This document shows, piece after piece, positions 45,699-59,902 of a stretch of DNA of 64,000 nucleotides. Within the stretch, counting starts at the first letter, position 1. Each line of letters begins with the position of its first letter. This DNA comes from the human T2T-CHM13v2.0 reference genome, Homo sapiens. Location: assembly GCF_009914755.1 (NCBI RefSeq), contig NC_060942.1. One strand, 5' to 3'. The notes under the pieces are model-generated. The model made no database searches. It was not told where the DNA came from and worked only from the letters and a program-made list of their open reading frames with translations. The translations under genes and the position numbers were made by a program.

Positions 45699-45876
45699 AA
45701 AAAACAGTTAAACAGATGGTTGGTCACATAGACATTACCAGAGGGGTCTTCTTGGACAGAGGCTGAAAAGAAAGAAGGGACTTAGCTCACCACCAGACTC
45801 CTCAGCACTCACGGGAGAAGAGCACTAAGGACAAAGGGGCACTTAACACGTGTAAAAGGGCAATGGCTCCTAATAA

Positions 45877-46200
<324 letters not shown>

Positions 46201-46571
46201 TAAGATCTATTTTATAATCAAGAGAAGATGAAAAATTCTTCTTGTGTCAGGATATTAGGGTAGAATCCGAGTTATTTCGAAAATTACAGCTTGAGACAAT
46301 GTAAGACAGATTAAAATAGAGAATTTCTAAGACAGAAAATGGATTTTTTCTTCCCTCCCATGCCCTAAGCATCGCTTGGGTCTCCCTAGGCTCAAAAGAG
46401 AGAGTAAATCTCATTATATTTATATATTGGAAGAAGCCCACAGGCCATGGTTGTCCAAAGCTAGAAGAAGTATTGTAGAATTTGATACTATCCTTGAGCA
46501 CAAGTATAGTGGGGGAAATCTTGAAACTGGGGCTGACAGATTTTAGCTAACTTTCACAGGCATGTGTAGAT

Positions 46572-46785
46572 ATTGACAAATTCTTAAGTTTCAGAGTGAC
46601 CTCATCCTCCCCCAAAATTTCTTAAACCATGCCTTTACAAACAAGTATTTCTATTCTAATGATGTCTTCCTGAGTAAAATGTTGAATCACTCAAAGGACA
46701 CAGATCAAAAGACAGAGGGAGAAAAAAAAATGCCATGTGGGAGGGGCAAAGCTGTATAAAACCAGTCATTACCATGTCTGAACTG
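46572..46785 (+). promoter_or_regulatory. SERPINB2: SERPINB2 proximal promoter
   Basis: TATAAAA at 46755-46761; AP-1-like TGAATCA at 46683-46689 and TGAGTAA at 46671-46677; CRE-like TGACCTCA at 46597-46604; C/EBP-like ATTGACAAAT at 46572. Spacing matches the known PAI-2 promoter. Confidence 0.9.
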
Positions 46786-46850
46786 TAACAACTCTCAGAG
46801 GAGCATTGCCCGTCAGACAGCAACTCAGAGAATAACCAGAGAACAACCAG
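46786..46850 (+). other. SERPINB2: SERPINB2 exon 1 (non-coding; start approximate)
   Basis: About 30 nt after TATA; ends CAG|GTATTT; matches the remembered PAI-2 mRNA leader. Confidence 0.85.
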
Positions 46851-48918
46851 GTATTTCAATGATTTCCATGCCATGTCTATGGGAAATAGGGTTTCATGTT
46901 TTCTCTTCCCTCATGCTGGTATTAATAGATTGAAAATTTGGATGTGGGGTGTTTGTAGAGGGCGAGTAAAATTTAAGTGGTGTTTTCTTGTTTAGTTGTT
47001 GAATTGAAAATATTTTATTTCAAGATTTGAATTAAATTTATAAGGTTTAATTTTGAATCTCAGAAGCCAACAAATACCTTTGTAGCATTAACCAAAACAA
47101 AATGTACATTCAGATTGTGATGCCAATTTTATTGAACAGGTTAGATTATATATGTTCTCTACTAGCTACTGTTTTGACACTAAATTTGATGGAAACAACT
47201 AGATACATTAAAATATTTTCATTTAAGCAATTGAATGTAATCTCTACATTGTATATAAATAATAGGAAAAGAAGACTTCATTTGCACCTTAAATGAAAAA
47301 GCAGGAACTGCAAAAATTAAGTAGCAATTTGGGCTGGGTCAATCTAGTACAACAATATGTTTATTGAGTTTAGTTCAATAATGGGTCAATTTAGTGAAAG
47401 AGAATAATCAGCCAAAGTAGTTGCAGGGTTGACTGAAGTATGGTTCAGTAAATAACTTAATATCCCATAAAAAGATACTTATTCATTATGAAAGCCATCA
47501 ACTAGGAGAAATTGCTTTTAATTCTGTTGGGGGAGATGTAGCAGTATTTGATGAGATATTCCCTTGAAACTGTTGTTTTCTCTTAGTTCTCATTAATTTT
47601 TGTGGTCAATTTCAAAATATTTCCACTGTCTAATTGTAAACAAAATTTGTTTTAAATGCTACAGCAAACTCCAATCTAACATCCAGGGCCAACAGGGTGA
47701 GAGACAATGGCCGTGTGCCTGGTGACTCCTCCCAAATTCTTCCTTCCCTGTGCCAAGTTTCAGTGGTGCATTTGTCAACTTGTGTTGCAGGAACCAACAC
47801 ACACACCACCAGGAAGCCCAACCCTGCATATTACTCCCATTAATTCATCCCAGTAATACTATTAAACCTTAATTAAGAGCATACTATTTGGAAGTTAATG
47901 AGATCATATAAATTACTATAATGTTAAAAAATTCACAACAGGTATACCTGTTCCAGGAGGCTGTGGTATTTCACAATACCCCATGACTTCAATTTTGCCT
48001 TGTTTTGAAAGATTTTCATTCAAACATAAAGTATGGCCTTATCTGAGAGTCAGGAAACACTGCATATGGGTGCCTTCATAGATTTCTAAAATTATGAAAC
48101 TCTCAGACCTTATTTGAAAAGTTTGTAGGAAAGCATTAGACTTGGAATCAGAAGTCTGTGATCCAGTCTAGGCTTCTGAAATGGACCAGCTGTGCAATCT
48201 CTATTTTCATATTTTCATTCATATTACAGAAATTACTAAGCCTTACTGGACAGGTAATTATGCAAATTGAAAAGGGAGCTGAAGGAATTTGGTGACTGCC
48301 ATACAGACATCAAATATTATTTTTACATTAAATGTAATTAATTACACCTTATTTAAAAATATAATTGAAACTATCTTTTTTGAAAGAAGTAAATGCATCC
48401 AGGAAAATTTGCTTCTGTTCTTATTAATTTTTTTCTTTATCAAGTTACCTTAAATTCTAACTTAGTATTAACAGAACTTTCTGTTAGTTTGTCTTTAGAG
48501 TTAAATATTTTTACTATCAAAGTTACTATGTGGATTGTTACAAAGAATCCGGTATGAATTGTTACAAAGAATCACGTATTTAGGTATGGGAGAAGTCTAA
48601 ATTTATGTTTGTGGCTCTGATCTCTTATTTACATTTCTCACATGGGGATCGAGAAATATTTTATTTGTGTTATTAATACTCAGTTTGTTTCCAAAAGATA
48701 TTGAGATAATTAATTTTAAAAATCTGTACAATAAATCTTTTTAATTATGAAGACAATTTTAAGAGGAAGAGGAACAAATTTTTGAGCCATCCAATGTAAT
48801 CTAGTATCTATGATGAAGCAAGAGAAAAAAAAAAGTGACTTTTTGTTTTTACTTCCTAATAAGCCTTCTAGTAGAATTACAGGTTTACTACTTTTTTCTT
48901 TTGACTTCCTCTTTCTAG

Positions 48919-49176
48919 CATTTCTTGCACTACAACTTGCTTAAGCTCTTACACTTCATAGTGAAGCTATGCACCACCGAGTGAAGCGATGTGGAACATT
49001 GGAAAGAGTGGGCTTCCTTAGACAGACCTGGGCTTGAATCCCTGCTCCACTACCTACCAGCTGTGTGACCTTATACAAGTTACTTAATGTTTCTGAGCAT
49101 CAGGATATAATCTATAAAATAGGGAGAATCACCTCTACCTCATACAGATTCTGCAAAGATTAAACGAGGAGAGGAG
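48919..49176 (+). other. SERPINB2: Candidate alternative 5'-UTR cassette exon, MIR-derived
   Basis: Polypyrimidine tract and TTCTAG| acceptor; GAG|GTGAGA donor; sense MIR core at ~49010-49170. Confidence 0.55.
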
Positions 49177-50213
49177 GTGAGAGAGTTTTAGGGATACGTT
49201 TTATTTAATTTACTATTTTTGTCTTGATAAAATAGTCTGGTTGTATTCCAAATGAGACATTTTAATACAAATAAATTCCAATCACTTTCTTAAAAAAAAA
49301 GAGTTCATGAATCAAGGGTTCACGCAAGAAAGAAGCGACCAATGGTCCTTGTTGGAGAGCAATGCTGTGTGAGACCACAGGTGTACACAGCCAAGACCAG
49401 AGCCAGAGGACATGCTTCCTCCTGGGTACTTCCAGCCCCTCCCCAGTTCGGGGAAGGCACTGTCATAAGAAGGTTTCCTGAGGGATGATCAGTATCAGCA
49501 TTGTTTGGTATATTTATATATTTTGATAATTATCGGGTATGTTGCAAGCTATGATGAAAGCAAAACATACAGCTGGAAAGACGATCATTGGTCAGGACCA
49601 AAAAACACACACACCTTGGGTGTGAGCATGCATTCAGTTGCCTGCAGAGCCTGAGGTCAGGGAAGGTCTCAGATGGTTCATACCTTGGTGTATACATGAG
49701 TTTCATAGGCCTGGGATTAAGGATTATCCCTGCAATCTTGCCTGGCATTGACTTTCTACCTGGTGGGGTGGCAGAAGAAGGGGGTCTTCTAGTCCTCCCA
49801 GTAATGAACACCCCAGTATAGGAAGTCTTTTTTAGTAAGGCTGTGGTATGTGTGGTGCATATAGGGAAGGGGTTCTGGGATAGGGGCTGGGTGAAACTCC
49901 AAACCTTCAAACAATGAGTCAAAGTCACTTTAGAAGCAGGAAAGCAGAAAGAAGATTGACCGTCTTACCAGATGCAACAAGGTATGTATGCAGGTGGCAT
50001 ATATTTCAATATGTGTATATCTTCCTGTGTGGCAGTGTGTGTGGTGTGGATGTGTGCGTTGTGCTTGTGGGGGCAGCATAGAAGTTGAGAGCATGATCCT
50101 AGGGTCTGCCTATCTGGCTTCAATTCCTACTCCTGTCCCTATATATTGTCATTGTTATTCTATGGAATGCCACAAAGTGTCGCTGCTCATCATACAAAAC
50201 ACTTCATGTATCT

Positions 50214-50372
50214 CAGGACTGGCTATGTAATTTACAGCGTCTGGTGCACAATGAAAATGTGGGCCTTTTGTTTAAAATTATCAAGAATTTCAAGATGGCG
50301 ATAGGAGGGCATTTGGCTAAACAAGGGGCTTTTTACGGCTGCACAGGTGGTATGTCCATGAAGCTGTCCCTG
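50214..50372 (-). mobile_element. MER45A-like DNA transposon
   Basis: CAGGACTGGCTATGTAATTT...AAGAATTTCAAGATGGCGA...CATGAAGCTGTCCCTG. Confidence 0.7.
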
Positions 50373-50525
50373 ACCTGCCTCATGTTGTTCCATGAGGAAG
50401 AACAGACAGGGAATCTGTCCCTACACAGAATGCAGCCTGTCCTACTGTTGCTGACCTCACCCAAAATGTTACCTTATGTTTCAGAGCTGTTTTTTTCTTC
50501 CTGTCTTTGCTTCTAGATTGAAACA

Positions 50526-50693
50526 ATGGAGGATCTTTGTGTGGCAAACACACTCTTTGCCCTCAATTTATTCAAGCATCTGGCAAAAGCAAGCCCCACC
50601 CAGAACCTCTTCCTCTCCCCATGGAGCATCTCGTCCACCATGGCCATGGTCTACATGGGCTCCAGGGGCAGCACCGAAGACCAGATGGCCAAG
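50526..50693 (+). CDS. SERPINB2: SERPINB2 exon 2 coding part (exon starts 50517), aa 1-56
   Basis: MEDLCVANTLFALNLFKHLAKASPTQNLFLSPWSISSTMAMVYMGSRGSTEDQMAK; donor AAG|GTGAGT. Confidence 0.98.
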
Positions 50694-51825
50694 GTGAGTT
50701 TGAGCTGAAGCTCCACATTTGGGCTGAGGAGTTCCTGAATGGAATTGGAGAACTGCTCTTGTTTTATGCTAAAGACATTTTAACTCAGGAGGTCAGCAAT
50801 CATCACAGGTAATGAAGCACTGATCCTTACAACACAAATTCCTTAGATTCAAATCTATAAGACAGCCAAGCCCCCGAATCCCTCAACTGTAGCTGTTGAA
50901 GGCATATGGGAGTTGAATAGCCTGCAAGGCTGGAAACAGTTATGAGTGACCACATCTTATATTTTAATAATATAATATTCTCATTTTTCAAAGTTAGTGT
51001 TTTGTACCCATTATCTCATTCAGTTTTAAGACAGATATCATTTTACAGATGAGAGCCCTGGTGGTGTCAGAGAAGCCCCCACTGTCTCCTAACTCCTAGC
51101 CTGGGCTCCTTCCCATTACTGTGCCACTGTGGTGTTTGTTCCCTATTCCTATGAAGAATTCCTTCTAATAATGTTAAGAGAGTATCACAAAGGGAAAAAA
51201 AAAAAAACATACCAGGGTGGTGCTCACTATACCCACAGGATGCATGGATAGTGTTGTAGCTGCAGAAGATCATGCCTGTGAGGTCACGGTAGCAGAATGA
51301 GACCTGGCATTATTATGGCCAGCCCTGAAAACCAAGGTAGATGGGATGCACAACATCATTGTGAGGGATTTCTGCAAGGCCACTGCCTGCCTTCCTTGGT
51401 GAATGGACGCGGACTCAGTCAGGAAACTCTTTCCACGGAGTCTGGGCCCTTGAAATTATGCCGGACTACTTCAATTATACACTGCAATCGTTACTGTAAT
51501 AGTCACTCAGCACATACAAAATTCTTGTGATCATGTTACTTCCAAGGTTAGTGACCTTGATGTGGCCATGATATCATTAAAATTCCTTTGCATTCACACA
51601 TACAAACATTAACATTAAATGCTTTAAGGACAAGCATGCATTGTGCATGCAGTCACACCAAGATGCCGCCGGCTGGTTTCCAGTTTCCCACGAGAATGTA
51701 CCTGAGTGTAAATACATTCTTTCCATGCACATGGTGACCCATGTAAGGTGGGCCTCATTTGAAGTTTGAAGTTTCACAGAGAGAGCATTGGCCAATATTG
51801 CTGCAGGAAGACAAGGGATGGGTGA

Positions 51826-52308
<483 letters not shown>

Positions 52309-54346
52309 TACGTTTTTTTGTTTTTTAAATGTAAAGGAATCAGTAGCAATATATTTTGGGAGCAAATGCTAAATGAAGTGCTGTGGGTTGTTAAAGTAAA
52401 AATCTTGATTTTGGTACTAGAGGAAAATAAACTGATTGCTCTGGACACAAGACAGCTTTTCTGTGTCTAAGAAGTGCTTTAAGCCTTTGGGACTATGAGA
52501 GGATTCTATATAGTCTTTTTTTTTTTTTGAGACTCTATATATATCGTCTTTTGACAACTCTGTTGCATGTGTAGATTTTGAAATTCAAATGTTAATATGA
52601 TTGCTTCCCAGATAAAAAGAAAAAGACATTTATTGGCTGGAGAAAGCAGCACAGACTTTGGGGACAGACGTATCTGTGTTTGAGTCATGGCTTTGTTCCT
52701 TACTACATGTGTGTGAGGACATTGAAACCATTTGCATCTCAGTTTTCTCATCTACAAAATGGGAATAAAAATGTGTAGCATGCAAGAAAGTTGTGAAGAT
52801 TAGAGGTACTATGTAAGGCACTTAGTAGCAGTCGCTATAATAACAACCAATACTTATTAGTGCCTTAGCCAGGCATCTTTCTAAGAACTTCTTATAAATT
52901 TACTCATATAAGACAAAATATTATGAGGTAGGTACGATGATTACCGTACTCATTTTACAGATGAGGGAATCGGGGCAAGAAGAGGCCACACAGTTGAGAA
53001 TTGCTGTAGCTGTTAGAAGTGGTACATTTGTAGTGAAAGAAAAGAATACATAAAAGATACAAGCTCCTGGATGGCATAGGTCTGTGGGAATTAGGATATA
53101 AGCTCTTTTCCTTACAGTGAGGCAACAGACCCATCCAGGCCAAACTGCCTCACTATTTTCTCTGTGGCCTTTGTGTGGACTAGGGGCAGCTCACAGTCCC
53201 ACTTTTGCAGGGACATCTCCCTGAGTGACTTTAACACTGATTCAGGAAGGCTTTAGTGCTAGCCCAAAGAACCCTGATTTAAGGGTCAATTTCCTTGGAA
53301 GAGAGGAAAACCAGCCAAGCTGTCGTAGGAAATCTTCTTCTTTTACGTGAGGGTGGAGTTGCACCACTTATTTTCAGAGAGTACTAGGCAGGACTTACGA
53401 TGTATGACTCAAAGAGCAGAAAAAGACCTCACAAACCCTAACACCTCTCCTTCTAGCCCAGAAATTCACCAACTTGCTGGACAAGGCTGCCTTAATTAAC
53501 TTCATTAGCAGAACCCCAACCATCAAGCCACTTACCAGATCAGCTTCTCCTCAGGGACCCCATAGGGAGGTGCTGCAGGACCAAGGGTTCCCAAGGAGGT
53601 GGGATGGGGTGGGTGGCTGGGAGGCAGGGCCAGCTTGCAGGTATTAAGACTGGCAGACCAAGGCGGGCAGGCAGCAGTGTTGTGGGAAGGGGATCTGAGG
53701 AAGCTTCAGAGGGGACAGTCCTTGCTGCCAGCTTCCCCGTGTCAGCCAAAACTGCCTACTTACTATACGAAGAGATTCACAGTGTCATCAGACCAACTTG
53801 TCCCTCACATGGACATAAATTTCTCTGTGTATGAATATGGTATGTGTAAATATTTTAGGTGAACCCTGTTAATATTGCATGACCTGTTTTATGCCTTAGC
53901 TGACTCTGGCTTGTAGTTTTTGACAGATTGAAAGTATTTTGTGTATAAGGCCACTGAAAAGAGAGAGACACACAAGGTTCTGAGTTAATCTTGTGACTTT
54001 CTTTAAAATACTGGCATTTTTTTTTCAAGACCATTTATTGGTTGGATATAATTTAGATAATTTGGGGAAGAGGTTTTAAATCATTTCATAATAACAATTT
54101 GTTTTCCAAAATGGCCAGGATATAAATTAATCTAAAACACCTCATGCTGTTTTCTATAAGGGAAATTTAGGTTGGCTGATACTTTTATATTACACAGAAA
54201 GAGTATTGAGTATCTATGGCTGTTCCCCATGTATAAGGGCAGGGAAAAGATCTAGGACCATTTTAGAGCCACCTGATAGCCATCTGTTTTAAAAGTTCAG
54301 TAAATCCGTGGGCAAGTGTAACCGTTTTCTCTAATTCTGATTGCAG

Positions 54347-54466
54347 GTGCTTCAGTTTAATGAAGTGGGAGCCAATGCAGTTACCCCCATGACTCCAGAG
54401 AACTTTACCAGCTGTGGGTTCATGCAGCAGATCCAGAAGGGTAGTTATCCTGATGCGATTTTGCAG
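54347..54466 (+). CDS. SERPINB2: SERPINB2 exon 3, aa 57-96 (CD-loop; Cys79, Gln83/84/86)
   Basis: VLQFNEVGANAVTPMTPENFTSCGFMQQIQKGSYPDAILQ; AG/GT flanks; 120 nt. Confidence 0.98.
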
Positions 54467-54887
54467 GTATCTGACTTACTGGTCCAAATTTCTTTTGTGG
54501 TTTATTTTTGCAATCTTCCTGTCTTAAAGCCACAGTGTTAGACTGGGAAGGAAGCGAATATACCCTCCCCCATTCACAGAAAGAAAACTAAGACTCAGAG
54601 TCATTAAGAAAAACATGTCCTAAGATGATACCCATAATGAGAGACAAGCCAGGACAGAATCCAGACTTCATGAGTTTTAGGCCAAGCCTATTTACTTCTA
54701 AATTCTCTCATGCCTCTCTGTCATTGGTGAGGTATGTGTAATTTATCATAAATCCACAGTAGAGACTCCTAGAATACACGTGTATGGATAAGGATTTCCA
54801 GAGGAGAGAGGGTAGGGACTGACAATTGATTGAGAAATGGCAGAAGGCTGGGCCCAATGATTGCATGAGAAATCACTGACCTTCAGG

Positions 54888-55055
54888 TATCTTTCCTTCT
54901 ATCTATCTAATCTATCATCTATCATTGATCTCTCTCATCTATCTTACCTATCATACATCTATCAATCCTATCTATCTATATATTTTATGAATCATCTATT
55001 TATCATCTATCTTCTCTGTCATCTGTCTATCTTATCTATTAATCAATCAGCTATC
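54888..55055. repeat. Degenerate (TATC)n/(TCTA)n tract in intron 3
   Basis: Direct read. Confidence 0.85.
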
Positions 55056-55559
55056 TCGGGGAGTAACACCTTTCCTCAGTACTCCATTTCCTTAAATGTC
55101 AGCTATCCAGTTAAATTATAAAAACTGAGTATAGACTGCTCCTGTTGGCAACCAACTTCCACAGTCATGCTTATGAGGTAGATTATGAAGAGGTATCTCC
55201 CAAAGCTCTCTTCCTGGGCACTCTGAAGCTCCTTCTACCCATTGCCCAGGGAATTATGGGCTAGAGGAGGTGGACAGGATCCTGATCATGTGGAGATTCC
55301 GCCAGGTGTTCTGCGGTACCTGGCAGTCCATCAGGAGGGCTCTGTCCCCTGCCCTAGGACAGGCTGCTGCTGTGACCAAGCCCTGTGTCTGACATGGTGC
55401 TTACAAACTTCAGTTTGAGAACTGAAATAACCATTCACTTTTGTGGTTTTCTAAAACCCATGTTTTCCACTGCATAGTTTGCCCCATAAAATAGGTATCT
55501 ATAGGTATCTAGAGAAGCTATATGAACTTTGTAAGATCATTACTAAGGCAACATTTCCT

Positions 55560-55865
55560 CCCTGTCAACTTTACTGAGGTATAATGGACAAATAAAAATT
55601 GTACATGTTCAAGATGTACAGTGTGATGACTTGCTATACCTATACATTGTGAAATGATTACAGTCAAATTAATGAGCACATCCATCACTACAATTACCTA
55701 CCATTTGTATGTATGTGTGTATGTATAGTGAGGACACTTAAAAAATATATTCTTCACAAATTTCAAGTAAACAGTTTTATTAACTATAACTATTAATGAA
55801 CACAATCTTATTAACTATAGTCATTATACTGTACATTAGATCCCCAGAACTTATCCATCTTATAA
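55560..55865 (-). mobile_element. L1MA 3'-end fragment
   Basis: TTTACTGAGGTATAAT...CATTGTGAAATGATTA...GTACATTAGATCCCCAGAACTTAT. Confidence 0.75.
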
Positions 55866-56183
55866 ATATAACAAAAATTCCTTAGAGACTTTGAAGTTTA
55901 GGAAACTGAGAAGGGGCCTTTCTTCTAGGCTGTTGGTCACCTGGTTAAATCCAATCCATAGACACAGCAAAACTGGAAAGAAATTAAAATTCACCTTATT
56001 AGTTTTAATGTACCACATCCTTATCGAAATGATTTTCTCAAAGATTCCTCTAATGTACCAAAAATAAAGTATGTATTAATATAGCATTTCATGATTGTAT
56101 TCAAAAACTATTACCATGGCTTAAGAACTATCTTGTTTAGTAGTTCTGTGTTATATATAAAGAATTCCTTCTTTCTTTTCAAG

Positions 56184-56312
56184 GCACAAGCTGCAGATAA
56201 AATCCATTCATCCTTCCGCTCTCTCAGCTCTGCAATCAATGCATCCACAGGGGATTATTTACTGGAAAGTGTCAATAAGCTGTTTGGTGAGAAGTCTGCG
56301 AGCTTCCGGGAA
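56184..56312 (+). CDS. SERPINB2: SERPINB2 exon 4, aa 97-139
   Basis: [43 protein letters not shown]; donor GAA|GTAAGT. Confidence 0.98.
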
Positions 56313-56819
56313 GTAAGTGAAACCTGTAATTGAAATGGCTGGATCCCAAACAAGTAATGAAGTCACTTTCAGAGCAGTTCTCTACAATTCTACAGTTCAT
56401 AAAAGCAGAGTTGGAATTCCACACCAGCTCCCTAGGGCTGGCCTTGCATAACAGCTGCCCTTCCTGTATCCTCTGGGGCTTCCTCCTCTTCCCATTGCAA
56501 ATGTCCCAATCTCAGAGTCATAAATCAGGAAAACAAATGCAACTGTTTTCCAGAGACACTATCCCCCAAGTCAAACCTCTTTCCTTTTATTCTGTCTCTA
56601 TAATGCAAGGAGTACAAGAGGGTGGATAGAGTTGGGGTGTAAGCGTGGACAAAGGGGTCTGCACTCTTTCCCCCTTCAGCACCTGCCTTCCATAGCCAAC
56701 CTCCACTCCCACCCTACCCCAGGTCTCCTAATTTCAATGGGAAGACCATAATTCACCATTATGCCATGGCTTGTTTGGTATGTATTTTATGTAGCCTTTG
56801 TCATTTTCTTGCTTTAAAG

Positions 56820-56937
56820 GAATATATTCGACTCTGTCAGAAATATTACTCCTCAGAACCCCAGGCAGTAGACTTCCTAGAATGTGCAGAAGAAGCTAGA
56901 AAAAAGATTAATTCCTGGGTCAAGACTCAAACCAAAG
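56820..56937 (+). CDS. SERPINB2: SERPINB2 exon 5
   Basis: [39 protein letters not shown]; 118 nt, phase-1 end. Confidence 0.98.
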
Positions 56938-59437
56938 GTAAATCCAAGAAAATATTTTATTTACTTCTTTCCAGTTAGAAAACTCTGATCTATCTTTTTC
57001 CATCCATGAACTTAGTTAGCCCTCACCCCTTTACAATTTGTCCAACTGCAGTTACTTTGGTGGATGCGAATTTATTCCTGATTAGCTCAGTGGTGTTTTA
57101 ACTGAGAAGAAATAATTGAGGCCTACTAATAGAAGACATATGTTTAGTACTTAAATATTTGATTTTGGATATTGCTTGAGGATAGAATATGAAAGGAGGC
57201 AGAAGCTTTCAAAATAGGAAATATCAGCATTGAAATAATTGTGAGTCTATGCCCACTGTGGACAAAAAGAAAACAAGGCTTGACCCTGAGCTTAGTAAAT
57301 GGTGTGAGCTATAAAGAATACAGGCAGTGGAGGAGGGAAGAATCATAAAATTATTTTCACTCTTTCTTCTCTTTCACCATTCAAAGCCAATCCATCGTCA
57401 AGTTTTTTTGGTCTCTGCTTCATCCCTCCTTGATTATCTAAGTCACGTCTACCATTTTAACTCATGCTTTTAATTGTTTCACAGGCTCCTGCCTCCCTCT
57501 GTATATTTTACAATGAATAAATTATTTAATTGAATCATTTATTCATTGTAATTTAGTTTATTAAGTCATTTATTCATTAAATTCATTCATTCATTAAGTT
57601 CAATTAACTTCATTCACTTAGTCAACAAATATTTATCCACCACACACCATATTCCAGAAACTATATGTAGAGATAAAGATAAAAATGGTAAATCCTGCCA
57701 CCATAGAGCCTATAGAGGAGGGATTCAGTCATGTTGGCAATTGCTATAGAGTAGTAGTCAGTGCTTTCATTGAGAAGTACAGGCATTATGTGGGAGTACA
57801 CAGGAAAGGCATCTGACTGGATTTAAAAATGATTAAATTGTAATTGGGAAGACAGGCTGGAGCTGGCCAGGTGGAGGGTGCATGCCTGGGGGGAGATTTC
57901 CAGACAGAGTGCACAGAATATGCAAAGGTCCAGAGGTAACCCTAAGGAGAAGAATAGAGTCTGGTCTGACTGCAGTGTGGAGGGCCAAGGGAAGGAGGTG
58001 AAATTAAAGAGGTGATGCAGTACACTTATTATGCTATTCCCACACTAAAAACTGTCAGTGACCTCCTACTGTCCTCAGGAGAAGGTCTCATTCTTTACCT
58101 TGACTTCTGAGTTCTCAGTAATCCAGTTGACTGTGCTTGGCTACCACTGGCCCTTGGAGCTCCTTAAACACTCATTGCTGCCTCTAGACTTTGTTTCTGA
58201 GGATGCCTCAACTACAGGATTTAAGTTGCAGTTTAAATTGCAGCCAAAGTCTTACTCTTTCCTGGAAGTGACTCCCAATTACTTCCTGATCTTTTCTTCT
58301 TCTCATCTCCTCATCTGCTTTTTCAGCTTCACAAGTCACGTTAGTGTTAGCCATATATGGCCTTAAACAATTATGGAACTGATTTTTGTTAGTTTGCTTT
58401 GCTTTTCCTCTCAGGCTCTAATTATTTTTGGGTAGGGCCAGTATGTCACACTTATCCTATGCCCCCACAAAAATTTGCACAGTTTTTTGCTGACAGTGAA
58501 AATCCTTCATTCTTCTGAATTTCCGGGTAGAGTTGTAGGCCTTAAGTAAACAATTGCTGAATAATAACATATAAATGTATTTCTAAGAAATAGAGATGAT
58601 TATGAATTCAGAATTGTGTAAGTATTTCATTCATTTATGATCTGTTAGGATTGAAAATGTCCTAAGAGAGCTCCTATCCATCTTACCAATTTGTGGTTGG
58701 AGCATCCTGTTCCCAGGGGATTAGCCGGCTCCCCTAAGATCCCACTGGTAGCGGTAAAGCCAGGGTTGCTTCTTCTTCTGATCCTTAGTCTAACTCCAGA
58801 ATTCCTCAATCGGATGTTTAAAAATTTTATAACTTATTTTTTTAAGGATTTTCATTTAACTCTTATGTTTAAGACATTGTTTCAAGAAATAGTTTGGTGT
58901 CTTGCTTTATTAATTACCACAATGGAAAATGCACATAAACTAAGTTCTATGGGATTTCAAAAAATATATATTTATTTGTTTATCTGAAAATAATTGATTT
59001 CCTTTTAGTTCTTCATTTTCATTGTGGATTTGTGAAATACTGTTCTAAAATATTGACAGACCACTGACACAAAGGAAGCAGAGAAAGATGATTTAAATCA
59101 AAAGTTCAAGTAAAAATGGAGAGCAAAATTAAAGAGACACATGGAAGTTTTGCCTTCTTTAAAGAATGGCATGAATTGTTTTTCTCTTTAGACATTGTGC
59201 TAAATGGCTGTAAGTCAATCAGTTATTTTGCCAAAATGCCAAGCAGCTATTTTGGCAGATTGTTTTACCAGCTTTTGTAAGAATTGGAGAGAATTGTCTG
59301 TTTCATCATGCTATGATCGAATACTAGTTTTATCATATATATCACAACATTACTATACCCCAATACTAACCAAAAATTTTAATAGCTTGGGAAATATATT
59401 GAATGTATATATTAAATGAATACATTGAAGATGAAAC

Positions 59438-59902
59438 TGATGCAAGGCAGGCAAGCTCCAAAGTGGGGCTTAGCCTTCAAGGGTTCTTGGCTTCACCCAG
59501 GAAAGTATTCAAGGATGAGCTGGAGGTAGGGTAGAAGAAAACAGCTTTATTGAAGTGGCAGTATTACAGCTCCATGATTCCTCCTGCAGAGAAGGGCTAC
59601 CCCAGGCACTGTGCTGAGAGGCACAGCTCAGGGCAGTTTTGGGGTCATATTTATACCTACTTTTAATTACATGTAGATTAAGGGGCAGTTTACGCAGAAA
59701 TTTCTAGGGAACGGGGAATAACTTTTGGGTCATCAGGTCATTGCCACAGAAAGAGGTGGTAACTCCAAGGTGTTGCCATCACAATGGTAAACTGACATGG
59801 TACACTGCTTCCATCCTGTCCCTGGTCCCCGTTTTAGCTAGCCCTCAATTTGGCCTGGTGTCTAAAACCTGCCTCCAGAGTCAGGTCCCACCTCCTACTT
59901 CA
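59438..59902 (-). mobile_element. ERV1 solo LTR (MER66-like) in intron 5
   Basis: TG...CA termini with a 4-bp TSD AAAC (59434-59437 and 59903-59906). Minus strand begins TGAAGTAGGAGGTGGGACCTGACTCTGGAGGCAGG. Confidence 0.75.

Noticed and set aside
46511-46522. GGGGGAAATCTT as an NF-kB site
   Set aside because: Lacks the terminal CC of the kB consensus; too weak to call from sequence alone.
48534-48573. 16-bp direct repeat ATTGTTACAAAGAATC with a 24-bp period
   Set aside because: Real, but a small local duplication in AT-rich intron with no functional clue.
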